Numbered from the stretch's first letter, positions 18,728-28,020 are shown. The stretch is DNA of 64,000 nucleotides from Pseudomonadota bacterium (GCA_023459095.1 JAEWVQ010000148.1:147-64146), one strand, 5' to 3'. Notes: generated from the letters alone by a model not told the origin. Numbers and translations are program-made.

Positions 18728-20362
18728 TCAGCGGTTCAGCCGGAAGCGGCCCACCAGGCGGTGGAGATCGTCGGCGAGCGCGCCGAGCGCGCCCGACGCC
18801 TCGGTCATGGAGCGGGCGCCGGCGGCGACGTCGTCGGCCATGGCGTGGATGTCGGCCACGCTGCGGTGCAGTGCGCCGGCTACCGCGTGCTGCTGCCCGG
18901 TGGCTGTGGCGACCTGGGTGTTGAGCGCCGAAATGCCCTCGACCGCACCGCTGATGCGCGCGATCGACGCGTCGGCCTCGCGCGTCTGCACGACACTCGC
19001 CTCCATGATCGCCGAGCTCTGCTGCATGGTGTCCCCGACGCTGCGGGCGCGCTCCTGCAGCACGGCGATGATGCGGTTGATTTCGACGATGGACTCCTGG
19101 GTGCGGTGGGCGAGCTTGCGCACCTCGTCGGCGACCACGGCGAAGCCGCGGCCCTGCTCGCCGGCGCGCGCGGCCTCGATCGCGGCGTTGAGCGCGAGCA
19201 GGTTGGTCTGCTCGGCGATTTCGCGGATGACCTCGGAGACGTGGCCGATGCGGCCGCTGTCCTCGCGCAGCGCATGGGCGGCGGCGGTGGCGTCGGCGAT
19301 CTGGCGCGCGGCGTTCTCCACCTGGTCGCGGGAACCGCTCACCACGCCGTCGGTGCGTACCGCCTCCTGCATCGCCTCGCGTGCGTTGGCGGCCGCGCTT
19401 TCGGTGCTGCGCGACACTTCGCTCACCGAGCTTTCCATTTCCGCCATCGCGCGCGCCACCTGCGAGATTTCCTCGCGCTGGCCATCGAGCGTGGCCGAGG
19501 CTTCGCCGGCGAGGCGGTCGACGCGGGACGAGGCCGCGCGCAGTTGTTCGAGACCGGCGTGGATCTCCTCGACGAGCGCGCGCAGGCCGTCCTGCATGCG
19601 CTCGAACGAGGCCGCGGCGTCGCCGAGTTCGTCGTCGGCGAAGGCGCGGCGGTCGAGCGCGGCCGACAGGTCGCCCTGTTCGACACGGCGCATCTGTGCG
19701 CCCAGCGCGGCGAGCGGCGCGGTGATGCGGCGGCCGATGAGGACGCCGGCGTACAGCGTGAACGCGAGCAGGCTGAGCGCGAACACGCCGATCGACAGCC
19801 GGGCCTGGCCGATCGCGCGCGACTCGCCGTCCTTGATCGCCTCGGCTTCGGCGGCGATGCGGCGCTGGATGTCGGTGAGCAGGCCGACGATGTCGTCGAA
19901 GGGAGCGAGCATGGTGGTCAGGATCTGCTCGCGTGCGGCCTCGATGTAGCCCGCGTCGATGAGCTTCACGTATTCGTCCTGCATCGTGCGGTAGGCCGCC
20001 ATGCGCGTGCGGAAGTCGGCGATGAACCCGCGCACGCTGTCGGAGTCGGCGAGCGCTTCCATCTGCGCCAGGTAGCGCTCGACGGCCTCGTCGTTGGCGC
20101 GGATCTTCTTCAGGATGGTGGCGTGCTCGGCGGGTTCGGTGGTGAGTCCGTAGTCGAGCGCGAAGCGGCGGTAGGTGACGGTGCTGTAACGCAGATCGGA
20201 AATGCTCTGCAGCAGGCTGATGTTGCGTTCGACGATGCGCTCGACCTGGTGCTGGATGCGGGTCACCGTGAGGTGCACGTACAGGCTGAAGCCGACGATG
20301 GCGAACAATATGGTGCCGAAGGCCAGGCCCAGGATCTTTCTGAGCGTGATGTGCTTGAGCAT
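18728..20362 (-). CDS. methyl-accepting chemotaxis protein
   Basis: Track ORF trimmed to ATG 20362 with AAGGA RBS. It has two TM segments, a HAMP domain and the signalling hairpin [31 protein letters not shown]. Confidence 0.9.
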   Translation of the reverse strand: MLKHITLRKILGLAFGTILFAIVGFSLYVHLTVTRIQHQVERIVERNISLLQSISDLRYSTVTYRRFALDYGLTTEPAEHATILKKIRANDEAVERYLAQMEALADSDSVRGFIADFRTRMAAYRTMQDEYVKLIDAGYIEAAREQILTTMLAPFDDIVGLLTDIQRRIAAEAEAIKDGESRAIGQARLSIGVFALSLLAFTLYAGVLIGRRITAPLAALGAQMRRVEQGDLSAALDRRAFADDELGDAAASFERMQDGLRALVEEIHAGLEQLRAASSRVDRLAGEASATLDGQREEISQVARAMAEMESSVSEVSRSTESAAANAREAMQEAVRTDGVVSGSRDQVENAARQIADATAAAHALREDSGRIGHVSEVIREIAEQTNLLALNAAIEAARAGEQGRGFAVVADEVRKLAHRTQESIVEINRIIAVLQERARSVGDTMQQSSAIMEASVVQTREADASIARISGAVEGISALNTQVATATGQQHAVAGALHRSVADIHAMADDVAAGARSMTEASGALGALADDLHRLVGRFRLNR

Positions 20363-20572
20363 CGGGGAGTCCTTGCCCGGTTCGCGCGGGGCGCGCCGGA
20401 GTCGTTGTTGTCGGAGCGGGCAGTGTTGCGGGCCGCAGTGTGCGGGCGCAGATTCTGACGATCCGCAATTCATAATAAAAATGGATTGTTTTTATCGGAT
20501 CGATTAAACAAGACGATGTAAAAGGCGGGTTGCCGCGAAACCGGTAGCGAGCCTGAGGGTAGAATCCTCGCC

Positions 20573-21781
20573 ATGAATACCTCGCTTTCCCGCCGCCTCG
20601 CGGTCGCGGCGCTGCTGAGCGCGCTGTCCGCTCCCCTTTCCGCCGCGCAGGCTTTCGAAGCCTGCCTGTCGGTATTGCGCACCGAGGCGATCGCCAAGGG
20701 GGTGAGCGCCGGCACGTTCGACGCCCATGCCGCCGCGTTGCAGCCCGACATGGCCGTGGTCGGCTTTCTCGACGCGCAGCCCGAGTTCGTCACCCCGATC
20801 TGGGATTACATGGCCGGTCTGGTCGACGACGAGCGCGTCGCCGACGGCCGTGCCATGCTTGAACAATGGCGCGACACGCTGGCGCGCGTCGAGCAGGCCT
20901 ACGGTGTCGATCCCGCCACGGTGGTCGCGGTGTGGGGCGTGGAAAGCAATTACGGGCGCAATTTCGGCAGCCGTCCGCTGCTCACCTCGCTCGCCACGCT
21001 GTCGTGCTTCGGGCGTCGCCAAGCCTTCTTTCGTGGCGAGTTCTTCACCACGCTGAAGATCATCGAGGACGGTCATGTCGCACCGGAACGGCTCACCGGG
21101 TCGTGGGCCGGCGCGTTCGGCCACACCCAGTTCATACCCTCGACCTTCATGCGCCTGGCGGTCGATTTCGACGGCGACGGCCGGCGCGATCTGGTCGACA
21201 GCGTGCCCGACGCGCTCGCCTCCACCGCTCATTTCCTGCGCCGCGCCAACTGGCGCGCGAGCGAGCCCTGGGGCTTCGAGGTCAGGTTGCCGGCCGGCTT
21301 CGATGCCGCTGCGGCGGGGCGGCGCAGCAAGCGGCCGCTGTCGGAATGGGCGGCACGCGGCGTGCGTCGCGTCGATGGCCGCGCGCTGCCCGCCGGCGAC
21401 ATGCCGGCCGCGGTGTTGCTGCCCGCGGGAGCGGCGGGGCCGGCCTTCATCGTCACGCGCAATTTCGATGCGTTGTATTCGTACAACGCCGCCGAAAGCT
21501 ATGCGCTGGCGATTGCCCACCTGTCCGACCGCCTGCGCGGCGGCGCGGTCTTCGCTACGCCGTGGCCGACCGACGATCCGGGTTTGTCGCGCGCCGAACG
21601 CCGCGAGGTGCAGCAACTGCTGATCGCCCGCGGCCACGACATCGGCGAGCCCGATGGCATGATCGGCGCGCGCACGCGCGAGGCGATCAAGGCGGTGCAG
21701 GGCGAGTTCGGGATGACCGCGGATGGGCGCGCGGGTCAGGGCTTGCTCGACGCACTGCGCCGCGGCGGGGCCGCGCGTTGA
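20573..21781 (+). CDS. lytic murein transglycosylase (MltB/Slt35 family) with a C-terminal peptidoglycan-binding domain
   Basis: It has a signal peptide, VWGVESNYG and GHTQFIPSTF. The C-terminal PG_binding_1-like segment is LIARGHDIGEPDGMIGARTREAIKAVQ. Confidence 0.85.
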   Translation: MNTSLSRRLAVAALLSALSAPLSAAQAFEACLSVLRTEAIAKGVSAGTFDAHAAALQPDMAVVGFLDAQPEFVTPIWDYMAGLVDDERVADGRAMLEQWRDTLARVEQAYGVDPATVVAVWGVESNYGRNFGSRPLLTSLATLSCFGRRQAFFRGEFFTTLKIIEDGHVAPERLTGSWAGAFGHTQFIPSTFMRLAVDFDGDGRRDLVDSVPDALASTAHFLRRANWRASEPWGFEVRLPAGFDAAAAGRRSKRPLSEWAARGVRRVDGRALPAGDMPAAVLLPAGAAGPAFIVTRNFDALYSYNAAESYALAIAHLSDRLRGGAVFATPWPTDDPGLSRAERREVQQLLIARGHDIGEPDGMIGARTREAIKAVQGEFGMTADGRAGQGLLDALRRGGAAR

Positions 21782-21901
21782 GGCGCCGGGGGCAGGGCAG
21801 GGCGGGGTAAGGGCAGTCCGCCGCCCCACCCGGCGATGGCGTGATGCGCGGCACGCCCGCGCCCTCGCCGCCAGTGCGGGCGGCGGGGCGCCTGGCAGGT
21901 G

Positions 21902-22606
21902 TCAGGCGGGACGGCGGGTATGAATCAGGTAGTTCACGTCGGTGTTGCCGCCCAGCGAATACACCCGGCTCAGCGGGTTGTAATGCAGGCCGGTAAGTTC
22001 GACGGTATCGAGCCCGCTGTTGCGGCAGTGGCGCACGAGTTCCGACGGGCGGATGAACTTGGCGTAGTCGTGGGTGCCGCGCGGCAGCATGTTGAGCACG
22101 TATTCGGCGCCGATGATCGCGAGCACGTAGGCCTTGAGGTTGCGGTTCAGGGTCGAGAAGAACACGTCGCCGCCGGGGCGGACGAGGCGTGCGCAGGCGG
22201 CGATGGTGCTCGCCGGGTCGGGCACGTGTTCGAGCATCTCGAGGCAGGTCACGATGTCGAACGTGCCTTCGTGCGCGGCGGCGAAGTCCTCGGCGCTGGT
22301 GAGGCGGTAATCGACCTTCTGGCCGCTTTCGTAGAGGTGCAGGCGGGCGACACCGAGCGCTTTCTCCGACAGGTCGATGCCGGTGACTTCGGCGCCACGG
22401 CTGGCCATGCCTTCGGAGAGCAGGCCGCCGCCGCAGCCGACATCGACCACTTTCTTGCCGGCGAGACCGGCCCGGCGCTCGATCCAGTCCAGACGCAGCG
22501 GATTGATCTCGTGCAGCGGTTTGAATTCGGACGCGGGATCCCACCAGCGGTGGGCGAGTTCGCTGAATTTCTGCAGCTCGGCGGGGTCGGCGTTGATCGT
22601 GCTCAT
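21902..22606 (-). CDS. ubiG: bifunctional 3-demethylubiquinol / 2-polyprenyl-6-hydroxyphenol methylase
   Basis: Track ORF trimmed to ATG 22606 ([24 protein letters not shown]). The SAM motif is [13 protein letters not shown]. Confidence 0.9.
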   Translation of the reverse strand: MSTINADPAELQKFSELAHRWWDPASEFKPLHEINPLRLDWIERRAGLAGKKVVDVGCGGGLLSEGMASRGAEVTGIDLSEKALGVARLHLYESGQKVDYRLTSAEDFAAAHEGTFDIVTCLEMLEHVPDPASTIAACARLVRPGGDVFFSTLNRNLKAYVLAIIGAEYVLNMLPRGTHDYAKFIRPSELVRHCRNSGLDTVELTGLHYNPLSRVYSLGGNTDVNYLIHTRRPA

Positions 22607-22741
22607 CGGCGGGGCGGACTCGAATGGAAAGAGGTGAAGGGGATCGGGGACAAGGCCGTCGGCGATGCGACGGGCTCGCGTTGTGACCCGTGCGCGTGAC
22701 AGGCGTTCCACCTCCGGCGCGGGTGCGCCGAAGCGTCGTAG

Positions 22742-22772
22742 AAATGAAAAAGCCCCGCCTAGGCAGGGCTTT
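22742..22772 (-). terminator. rho-independent terminator downstream of the ompA-family gene
   Basis: The minus-strand RNA is AAAGCCCUGCCUAGGCGGGGCUUU followed by UUUUCAUUUC. Confidence 0.75.
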
Positions 22773-22790
22773 CGGTTAAGCGCGCGCGGA

Positions 22791-23507
22791 TTACTTGGAG
22801 CCGATCACTTCGACTTCGACGCGGCGATCCGGCTGCAGGCACTCGATCAGCGCCTTGCGGTTCTTCACGGTGTTGCACTTGTCGCCGGTGACGGGCTGCT
22901 TCTCGCCCTTGCCTTCGGTGTACACGCGGTTGGCTTCGACACCCTTCGAGACCAGGTAGGTCTTCACGGCGGCGGCGCGGCGCTCGGACAGCTTCTGGTT
23001 GTAGGCGTCGGAGCCCAGGCGGTCGGTGTGGCCGACGGCGAGGATCACCTCAAGCTTGATGTCCTTGGACTTGGCGGCGAGGTCGTCCAGCTTGGTCTTG
23101 CCTTCCGGCTTCAGCACGGCCTTGTCGAAGTCGAACAGGGCGTCGGCGGAGAGCTTGATCTTGTCGGCGGTGGGCTTGGGTGCCGGGGCGGGGGCGGCCG
23201 GAGCCGGGGCGGCGGCGACCGGGGCCACACACTTGTCCTTCGGCACGATGTCGCCGTCGCATTCGCAACCGGCGGGGAACTGACCGGCCATCGCGGTCGA
23301 GGCCGCCGCCGGGCTCCAGTAGCCGGTGCGCCAGCACAGGCCGGCACCGCTGCGCGCGACGACGTTGCGGGCGTCGATCACGTAGGGAATTTCGCCCTTG
23401 CCGTCGACGACGACATCCTTCACCTGGGCGAAGGCGCTGGGGGCGGACAGGCCGATCGAAGCGATCGCGGCCAGCATGAGCATCTGATTCTTGGTTTGTT
23501 TGATCAT
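22791..23507 (-). CDS. OmpA-family outer membrane / peptidoglycan-associated protein
   Basis: It has a signal peptide, a Pro/Ala hinge [13 protein letters not shown] and the OmpA C-terminal-like block [23 protein letters not shown]. Confidence 0.85.
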   Translation of the reverse strand: MIKQTKNQMLMLAAIASIGLSAPSAFAQVKDVVVDGKGEIPYVIDARNVVARSGAGLCWRTGYWSPAAASTAMAGQFPAGCECDGDIVPKDKCVAPVAAAPAPAAPAPAPKPTADKIKLSADALFDFDKAVLKPEGKTKLDDLAAKSKDIKLEVILAVGHTDRLGSDAYNQKLSERRAAAVKTYLVSKGVEANRVYTEGKGEKQPVTGDKCNTVKNRKALIECLQPDRRVEVEVIGSK

Positions 23508-23603
23508 GGTTTCCTCTTTGAAGGGCTGAGTGCCTGAGTGAGCCGCTGCAAGTTTCGAGAAAACAGCCGGTTGCGCCGTCTTCGCGTTCGGGTCGAACCA
23601 AAG

Positions 23604-25046
23604 TTATCTAGTTCGATTAGCAAGCCTAGTTTGCCACACGCCCGCAATTCGGAGCAATTCCGTGTCGCGGATTTGCAACAGCGGCGTGCCTTTATCCACG
23701 CGCAATTCACCATCGATCCACACGTGGCTCACGTGTTCCCGCCCGCATACGTATACAAGGTGGGAAATCGGGTCGAAACAAGGGCGAAGGAGCGGGTCGT
23801 CGAAGGCGATTGCGCACAAGTCGGCCTGCTTGCCGGGCGTGATCGAGCCGATGCGTTCGTCCAGCCCCAGGGCGCGGGCGCCGTCGAGCGTGGCCATGCG
23901 CAGTGCGGTGTGCGCTGGCAGCGCGCTGGCGTCGGCCTCGGCGAGCTTGGCGAGGAGGGCGGCGTGGCGCATCTCCTGGAGGAGGTCGAGGCGATTGTTG
24001 CTGGCGGCGCCGTCGGTGCCTAGGCCGACGCCGATGCCTGCGCGGTGCAGACGGCCGACCGGCGCGAGGCCGCTGGCGAGCTTCATGTTCGAGGTCGGGC
24101 AGTGGGCGACGCTGCAGCCGTGGCGGGCGAGGCGTTCGATGTCGCCGTCGTCGAGATGGACGGCGTGGACGCCGATCAGGTTGGGGCCGAGCAGGCCGAG
24201 GCGCTCGAGGCGGGTGAGTGGTCGCACGCCGTAAGTGGTGAGCGAGGCGCGGATTTCGTCGCTGGTCTCGTGGATATGGACGTGGAGCGGGATGTCGAGT
24301 TCGGCGGCGAGGCTGGCTGCGCGTTCGAAGGCAGCATCGGACACGGTGTAGGGCGCGTGGGGCGCGATCGAGAAGCGGAGGCGCGGATGGCTGCGCCACT
24401 TGTCGCGGGTGGCGAGGCCCTTGCGCAGGTAGTCGTCGGCGTCGCTGGCGTAGGGCGTGGGCACATCCAGGAGCAAGGCGCCGATCACCGCGCGCATGCC
24501 GGCGCGGTCGAAAGCTTCGGCTGCAGCGTCGGGGTGGAAGTACATGTCGTTGCAGGTGGTGATGCCGCCGCGGAGCATTTCCGCGGCGGCGAGTAGGGTG
24601 CCGTCGTGCACGAAGGCGGGCGAGACGTGGCGGCCTTCGGCGGGCCAGATCGCCTCTTGCAGCCAGGTCATCAGCGGCAGATCGTCGGCGAGGCCGCGCA
24701 TCAGGCTCATCGCGGCGTGGCAGTGCAGATTGACCAGGCCGGGAATGAGCAGGTGATCGGCAAGGTCCACGGTGCTGGCGGCGCGGTAGCGCAGGCGCGC
24801 GGCTTCCTGCGGCAGGACGCCGACGATGCGGCCGCCGCTGACCGCCACCGCGTGGTGTTCGAGCACGGTGCCGGCAGGGGTGACCGGGGCGATCCATCTG
24901 GCATTGATGAGGAGGTCGGTCGGCAGGTGCAAGGCGGGCTCCGGGGCAGGTGGTTGCTGGCGTGCAGCGGCGCCCAATGATAGGACATTCCGCTGCTGTC
25001 GATTGTCGTCCGGGGTGTGTCCAGGGAACGCGGCTTCGTGCCACAA
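23604..25046 (-). CDS. mtaD: TRZ/ATZ-family amidohydrolase, probable 5-methylthioadenosine/S-adenosylhomocysteine deaminase; start uncertain
   Basis: Metal ligands are NLHCHAAM, HVHIHET and GTDGAASNN. The track start at 25046 is TTG. An in-frame TTG at 24932, preceded by GGAG at 6 nt spacing (giving MHLPTDLLINARW), looks more plausible. Confidence 0.8.
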   Translation of the reverse strand: MWHEAAFPGHTPDDNRQQRNVLSLGAAARQQPPAPEPALHLPTDLLINARWIAPVTPAGTVLEHHAVAVSGGRIVGVLPQEAARLRYRAASTVDLADHLLIPGLVNLHCHAAMSLMRGLADDLPLMTWLQEAIWPAEGRHVSPAFVHDGTLLAAAEMLRGGITTCNDMYFHPDAAAEAFDRAGMRAVIGALLLDVPTPYASDADDYLRKGLATRDKWRSHPRLRFSIAPHAPYTVSDAAFERAASLAAELDIPLHVHIHETSDEIRASLTTYGVRPLTRLERLGLLGPNLIGVHAVHLDDGDIERLARHGCSVAHCPTSNMKLASGLAPVGRLHRAGIGVGLGTDGAASNNRLDLLQEMRHAALLAKLAEADASALPAHTALRMATLDGARALGLDERIGSITPGKQADLCAIAFDDPLLRPCFDPISHLVYVCGREHVSHVWIDGELRVDKGTPLLQIRDTELLRIAGVWQTRLANRTR

Positions 25047-25096
25047 TCGCCGCTGTCGAGGAGGCGGGCGGACGCCATGGGCGGCCGCAGGATGGC

Positions 25097-26464
25097 ATGG
25101 GGCAGATACCAGAAAAGATCGGAAAATACCGCATCGTGCGAGAGATTGGGCGCGGGGCCACGGCCGTCGTCTATCTCGCCGAAAGTCCGCACTATCCGGA
25201 GCCGGTGGCGCTGAAGTACGTGCGCTTCGATGACAAGGTCAAGGACGAGGCGAAGTGGAACCGGCGGATGATGAAGCTGCTGAAGGCTGAGGCGGCGGTG
25301 GCCAGCCGCCTCGATCATCCCAACGTGATCAAGATCTTCGAGGTCGTGGTCGAGGCCGATCACGCCTGCGTGGTGATGGAGTATTTTCCCGGCGAGACCC
25401 TCGAGCGCTACTGCAGCTTCGAGAACCTGCTGTCACCGCATCGCGCGATCAGCGTCGTGTTCAAGTGCTGCATCGCGCTCGACTACGCCTACCGGCAGGG
25501 CATCGTCCACCGCGACATCAAGCCGGCGAACATCCTGATCGACGACCAGGACAACGTGAAGATCACCGACTTCGGCCTGGCGATGAACGTCGACAAGAAG
25601 CTGGAGACCGATTCCACCTTCATCATGGGGGTGGGCTCGCCGGCCTACATGAGTCCGGAGCAGATCAAGAGCTATCCGCTCAATCAGAAGACCGACCTGT
25701 ATTCGCTCGGCGTGGTGCTGTTCCACCTGCTCACCGGCCGCCTGCCGTTTCGCGCGACCAATCCGGCGCAGCTGGTGTACAAGATCATCAACATGGATCC
25801 GCCGTCGGTGTCGCAGCTCAATCCCGACATTCCCGAGCAGATGGACGCGGTGATCCGCAAGGCGCTCGAGAAGGATCTCTACTCGCGCTACAAGAACGGC
25901 ACCGAGTTCGCCAAGGATCTGGCCGCGGTGCGCTACAAGATCATCGACGACAAGCAGGTGCTGCCCGATACCGACCGCTTCATGGTGCTGCGCAAGCTGC
26001 CCTTCTTCGGCGAGTTCGACGACGTCGAACTGTGGGAGGTGCTGCGTCTGTGCAAGTGGCGCAAGGTCGGTGACAAGATCAAGCTGCTGCGTGAAGGCGA
26101 CAGCGATCTGCGCTTCGGGGTCGTGCTCGAAGGCCGGGTAGAACTGTCGGTTGAGGGCAACAAGGTGATGGAGTTGGGCGTGGGCGAGGTTTTCGGCGAA
26201 CTCGCCTGGCTCGATCATCTGCAGAGCAAGCAGCTGATGACCACGGTCACGCTCGAGCCGCTCACCTATCTCGAGATCAACCCGGCGGCGCTGTCGCTCG
26301 CGACCGACGAGGTGCAGGAGTTGTTCCGCCGCGAGATTTCGCTGGTGACCGCGCGCCGCATGACCGATTTTGCGCGCCGCGTGGTGAGCCAGAACCCGGA
26401 GCCGGCGACCCGCGGCCAGTTCTCCGCCGGCGGCGGGGGCGGCCTGCAGCTGGCGCTGGAGTGA
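25097..26464 (+). CDS. Hanks-type Ser/Thr protein kinase with a C-terminal cyclic-nucleotide-binding-like domain
   Basis: Track ORF 24950..26464 trimmed to ATG 25097. Kinase motifs are GRGATAVV, VALKYV, HRDIKPANIL, DFG and SPEQ. The C-terminus has a beta-roll-like segment FFGEFDD...LLREGD...GEVFGELAWL. No TM segment is present. Confidence 0.85.
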   Translation: MGQIPEKIGKYRIVREIGRGATAVVYLAESPHYPEPVALKYVRFDDKVKDEAKWNRRMMKLLKAEAAVASRLDHPNVIKIFEVVVEADHACVVMEYFPGETLERYCSFENLLSPHRAISVVFKCCIALDYAYRQGIVHRDIKPANILIDDQDNVKITDFGLAMNVDKKLETDSTFIMGVGSPAYMSPEQIKSYPLNQKTDLYSLGVVLFHLLTGRLPFRATNPAQLVYKIINMDPPSVSQLNPDIPEQMDAVIRKALEKDLYSRYKNGTEFAKDLAAVRYKIIDDKQVLPDTDRFMVLRKLPFFGEFDDVELWEVLRLCKWRKVGDKIKLLREGDSDLRFGVVLEGRVELSVEGNKVMELGVGEVFGELAWLDHLQSKQLMTTVTLEPLTYLEINPAALSLATDEVQELFRREISLVTARRMTDFARRVVSQNPEPATRGQFSAGGGGGLQLALE

Positions 26465-26485
26465 GCGCGGGCGCGGGGGCCGCGT

Positions 26486-27511
26486 TCAGACGCTGAGGTC
26501 GATCTGGCTCACCGTGCCTGCGCTGCCGTCCTCGCGCAGGTAGAAGCTGCTCGCACGCATCATGCCCACGGTGTCGTTGGCGGCGTTCTCGAGGTTGAAC
26601 GGGGTGTCGACGCGGCCGAGGTAGAGCGCGCCGATGCCGGCTTCGGCCAGGCTCACCGGCGCGCCGCCGCCGTCGGCGTCGGGCCGCCACAGGCTCAGGC
26701 GCGAAAAGGCGGGATCGTTGTCGTCGAGCCAGCCGTTGCCGTCGCTGTCGAGCGCGGCGAGTTCGGCAAAGCCGTCGCCGCTGCTCGGGCCGAACAGCTC
26801 GCGGCCGTCGTCGATGCGGCCATTGCCGTTGCGGTCGAAGGCGAGGAAGCCACTGCCGCCGACCAGGGGCACGTTGTCTTTGCGGCCGTCGGCATCGAGG
26901 TCGAAGGCGAAGCGCAGGTCGCCGAGCGCGCCCGAAGGGCCGGGGAAGTCGAGCACCAGCGGGTCCTGCAGGCGGGCGGCGCCGGCGCGGACCTGCATCG
27001 ACACCGATTCGCTGTAGCTGCGTTCGAAGCTGAAGCCGAGGCGGAAGCGGATCTCGGCGCCATCGGCGGTGTGCACCACGCCTTCTGCGCCGAACTGGGT
27101 GTGTTCGTGTTCCGAGTAGCTTGCCGAATAATCGTAGGCGAGGCCGAATCCGTCGCCGGCGGCGCGCGCCGAGCCGTCTGCCGCGGGGGCGTCGGGCATC
27201 GTGGAAGCCGTGGTGGCGCTGGGGTCGCGCAGGTCGTCGAGCTTGAGCAGGCGCATGGGTCTGCCGGTGAGGTATTCGATCATCCGCACCAGCAGGGCCA
27301 TGCGCGGGTCGTCCGTGGTTTCGCCGGCTTCGGCGGTCGCCTCGGCTTCGCTGGCGGCGCGCGAGGCGTCGGACAGGGTCACCGTGCCGGCGGGCGCTGC
27401 CGCGGTGCGCTGCGGCGATCCCGACCACACTTCAAGGCGTTCGCTGACTTCGAACTGGCGGGTTTCGCGGTGGGACGACTGAAGCTGGATGTTGGCGGCG
27501 GCGATCTTCAC
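26486..27511 (-). CDS. acidic protein with three DxDxDG calcium-binding-type loops; no signal peptide
   Basis: GTG start with GGAG 6 nt upstream. The loops are DLDADGRKD, DRNGNGRIDDGRE and DSDGNGWLDDND. The N-terminal 90 aa are Ala/Glu/Thr-rich. Confidence 0.7.
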   Translation of the reverse strand: MKIAAANIQLQSSHRETRQFEVSERLEVWSGSPQRTAAAPAGTVTLSDASRAASEAEATAEAGETTDDPRMALLVRMIEYLTGRPMRLLKLDDLRDPSATTASTMPDAPAADGSARAAGDGFGLAYDYSASYSEHEHTQFGAEGVVHTADGAEIRFRLGFSFERSYSESVSMQVRAGAARLQDPLVLDFPGPSGALGDLRFAFDLDADGRKDNVPLVGGSGFLAFDRNGNGRIDDGRELFGPSSGDGFAELAALDSDGNGWLDDNDPAFSRLSLWRPDADGGGAPVSLAEAGIGALYLGRVDTPFNLENAANDTVGMMRASSFYLREDGSAGTVSQIDLSV

Positions 27512-27579
27512 GGTGGTCTCCGGAGCAGGATAAGCCCGAAGGTATTAACGGCCACCGGCGCGAAAAATTGAGCGGCCGC

Positions 27580-28020
27580 TCAGCTCCGCAGTTGCGCGCG
27601 TACCCAGCGTTCGAGGTTGGCGGCGTCCATCACCCCGGCCTGGCGGGCGAGTTCGCGACCGTCGCGGAACACCGCCAGGGTGGGGATGCTGCGGATGCCG
27701 AAGCGGGCGGCGAGCGCCGGATTCGCTTCGGTATCGACCTTGAGCAGCCGCGCCTGCGGCTCGAGCCGGGGCGCGGCGGCGGCGAAGGCGGGCGCCATCG
27801 CCCGGCAGGGGCCGCACCACGGCGCCCAGAAGTCGATCACCAGCGGCAGTTCGCTGCGTGTCAGGTGGCGGTCGAAGCGGGCCGCATCGAGATCGACCGG
27901 CGCGCCGGTGAACAGCGCGCGCTTGCAGCCGCCGCAGCTCGCACCGTCGCTCAGGCGTTCGGCGGGCACGCGGTTGACGGCATCGCAGTGCGGACAGACG
28001 ACGTGGATGGGGGCGGTCAT
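27580..28020 (-). CDS. trxC: thioredoxin 2 (N-terminal zinc-finger thioredoxin)
   Basis: CPHC...CGGC zinc finger followed by the WCGPC active site. Confidence 0.9.
   Translation of the reverse strand: MTAPIHVVCPHCDAVNRVPAERLSDGASCGGCKRALFTGAPVDLDAARFDRHLTRSELPLVIDFWAPWCGPCRAMAPAFAAAAPRLEPQARLLKVDTEANPALAARFGIRSIPTLAVFRDGRELARQAGVMDAANLERWVRAQLRS

Noticed and set aside
20492-20499. Sigma-28 -10-like element (minus strand TCCGATAA) upstream of the first chemoreceptor gene.
   Set aside because: No TAAA -35 lies at the required ~15-nt spacing; the sequence there reads CATC/ACAT. The match is therefore to one half only.
7343-20500. tRNA-Pro-associated genomic island.
   Set aside because: I found no integrase and no direct repeat of the tRNA 3-prime end by eye. 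GC content of the block is as high as or higher than the flanks, so there is no evidence of recent horizontal acquisition. The boundary observation is kept as a low-key finding.
24950-25096. N-terminal extensions in the ORF track. Examples are the kinase from GTG 24950, rlmM from 2657, the reductase from 2486, ubiG from 22711, greA from 39511, nuoD from 54157 and tpiA from 51266.
   Set aside because: The extensions are Arg/Ala/Pro-rich, lack homology and often overlap upstream genes. Internal starts with an RBS or an ATGA/stop overlap give N-termini that match the known families.
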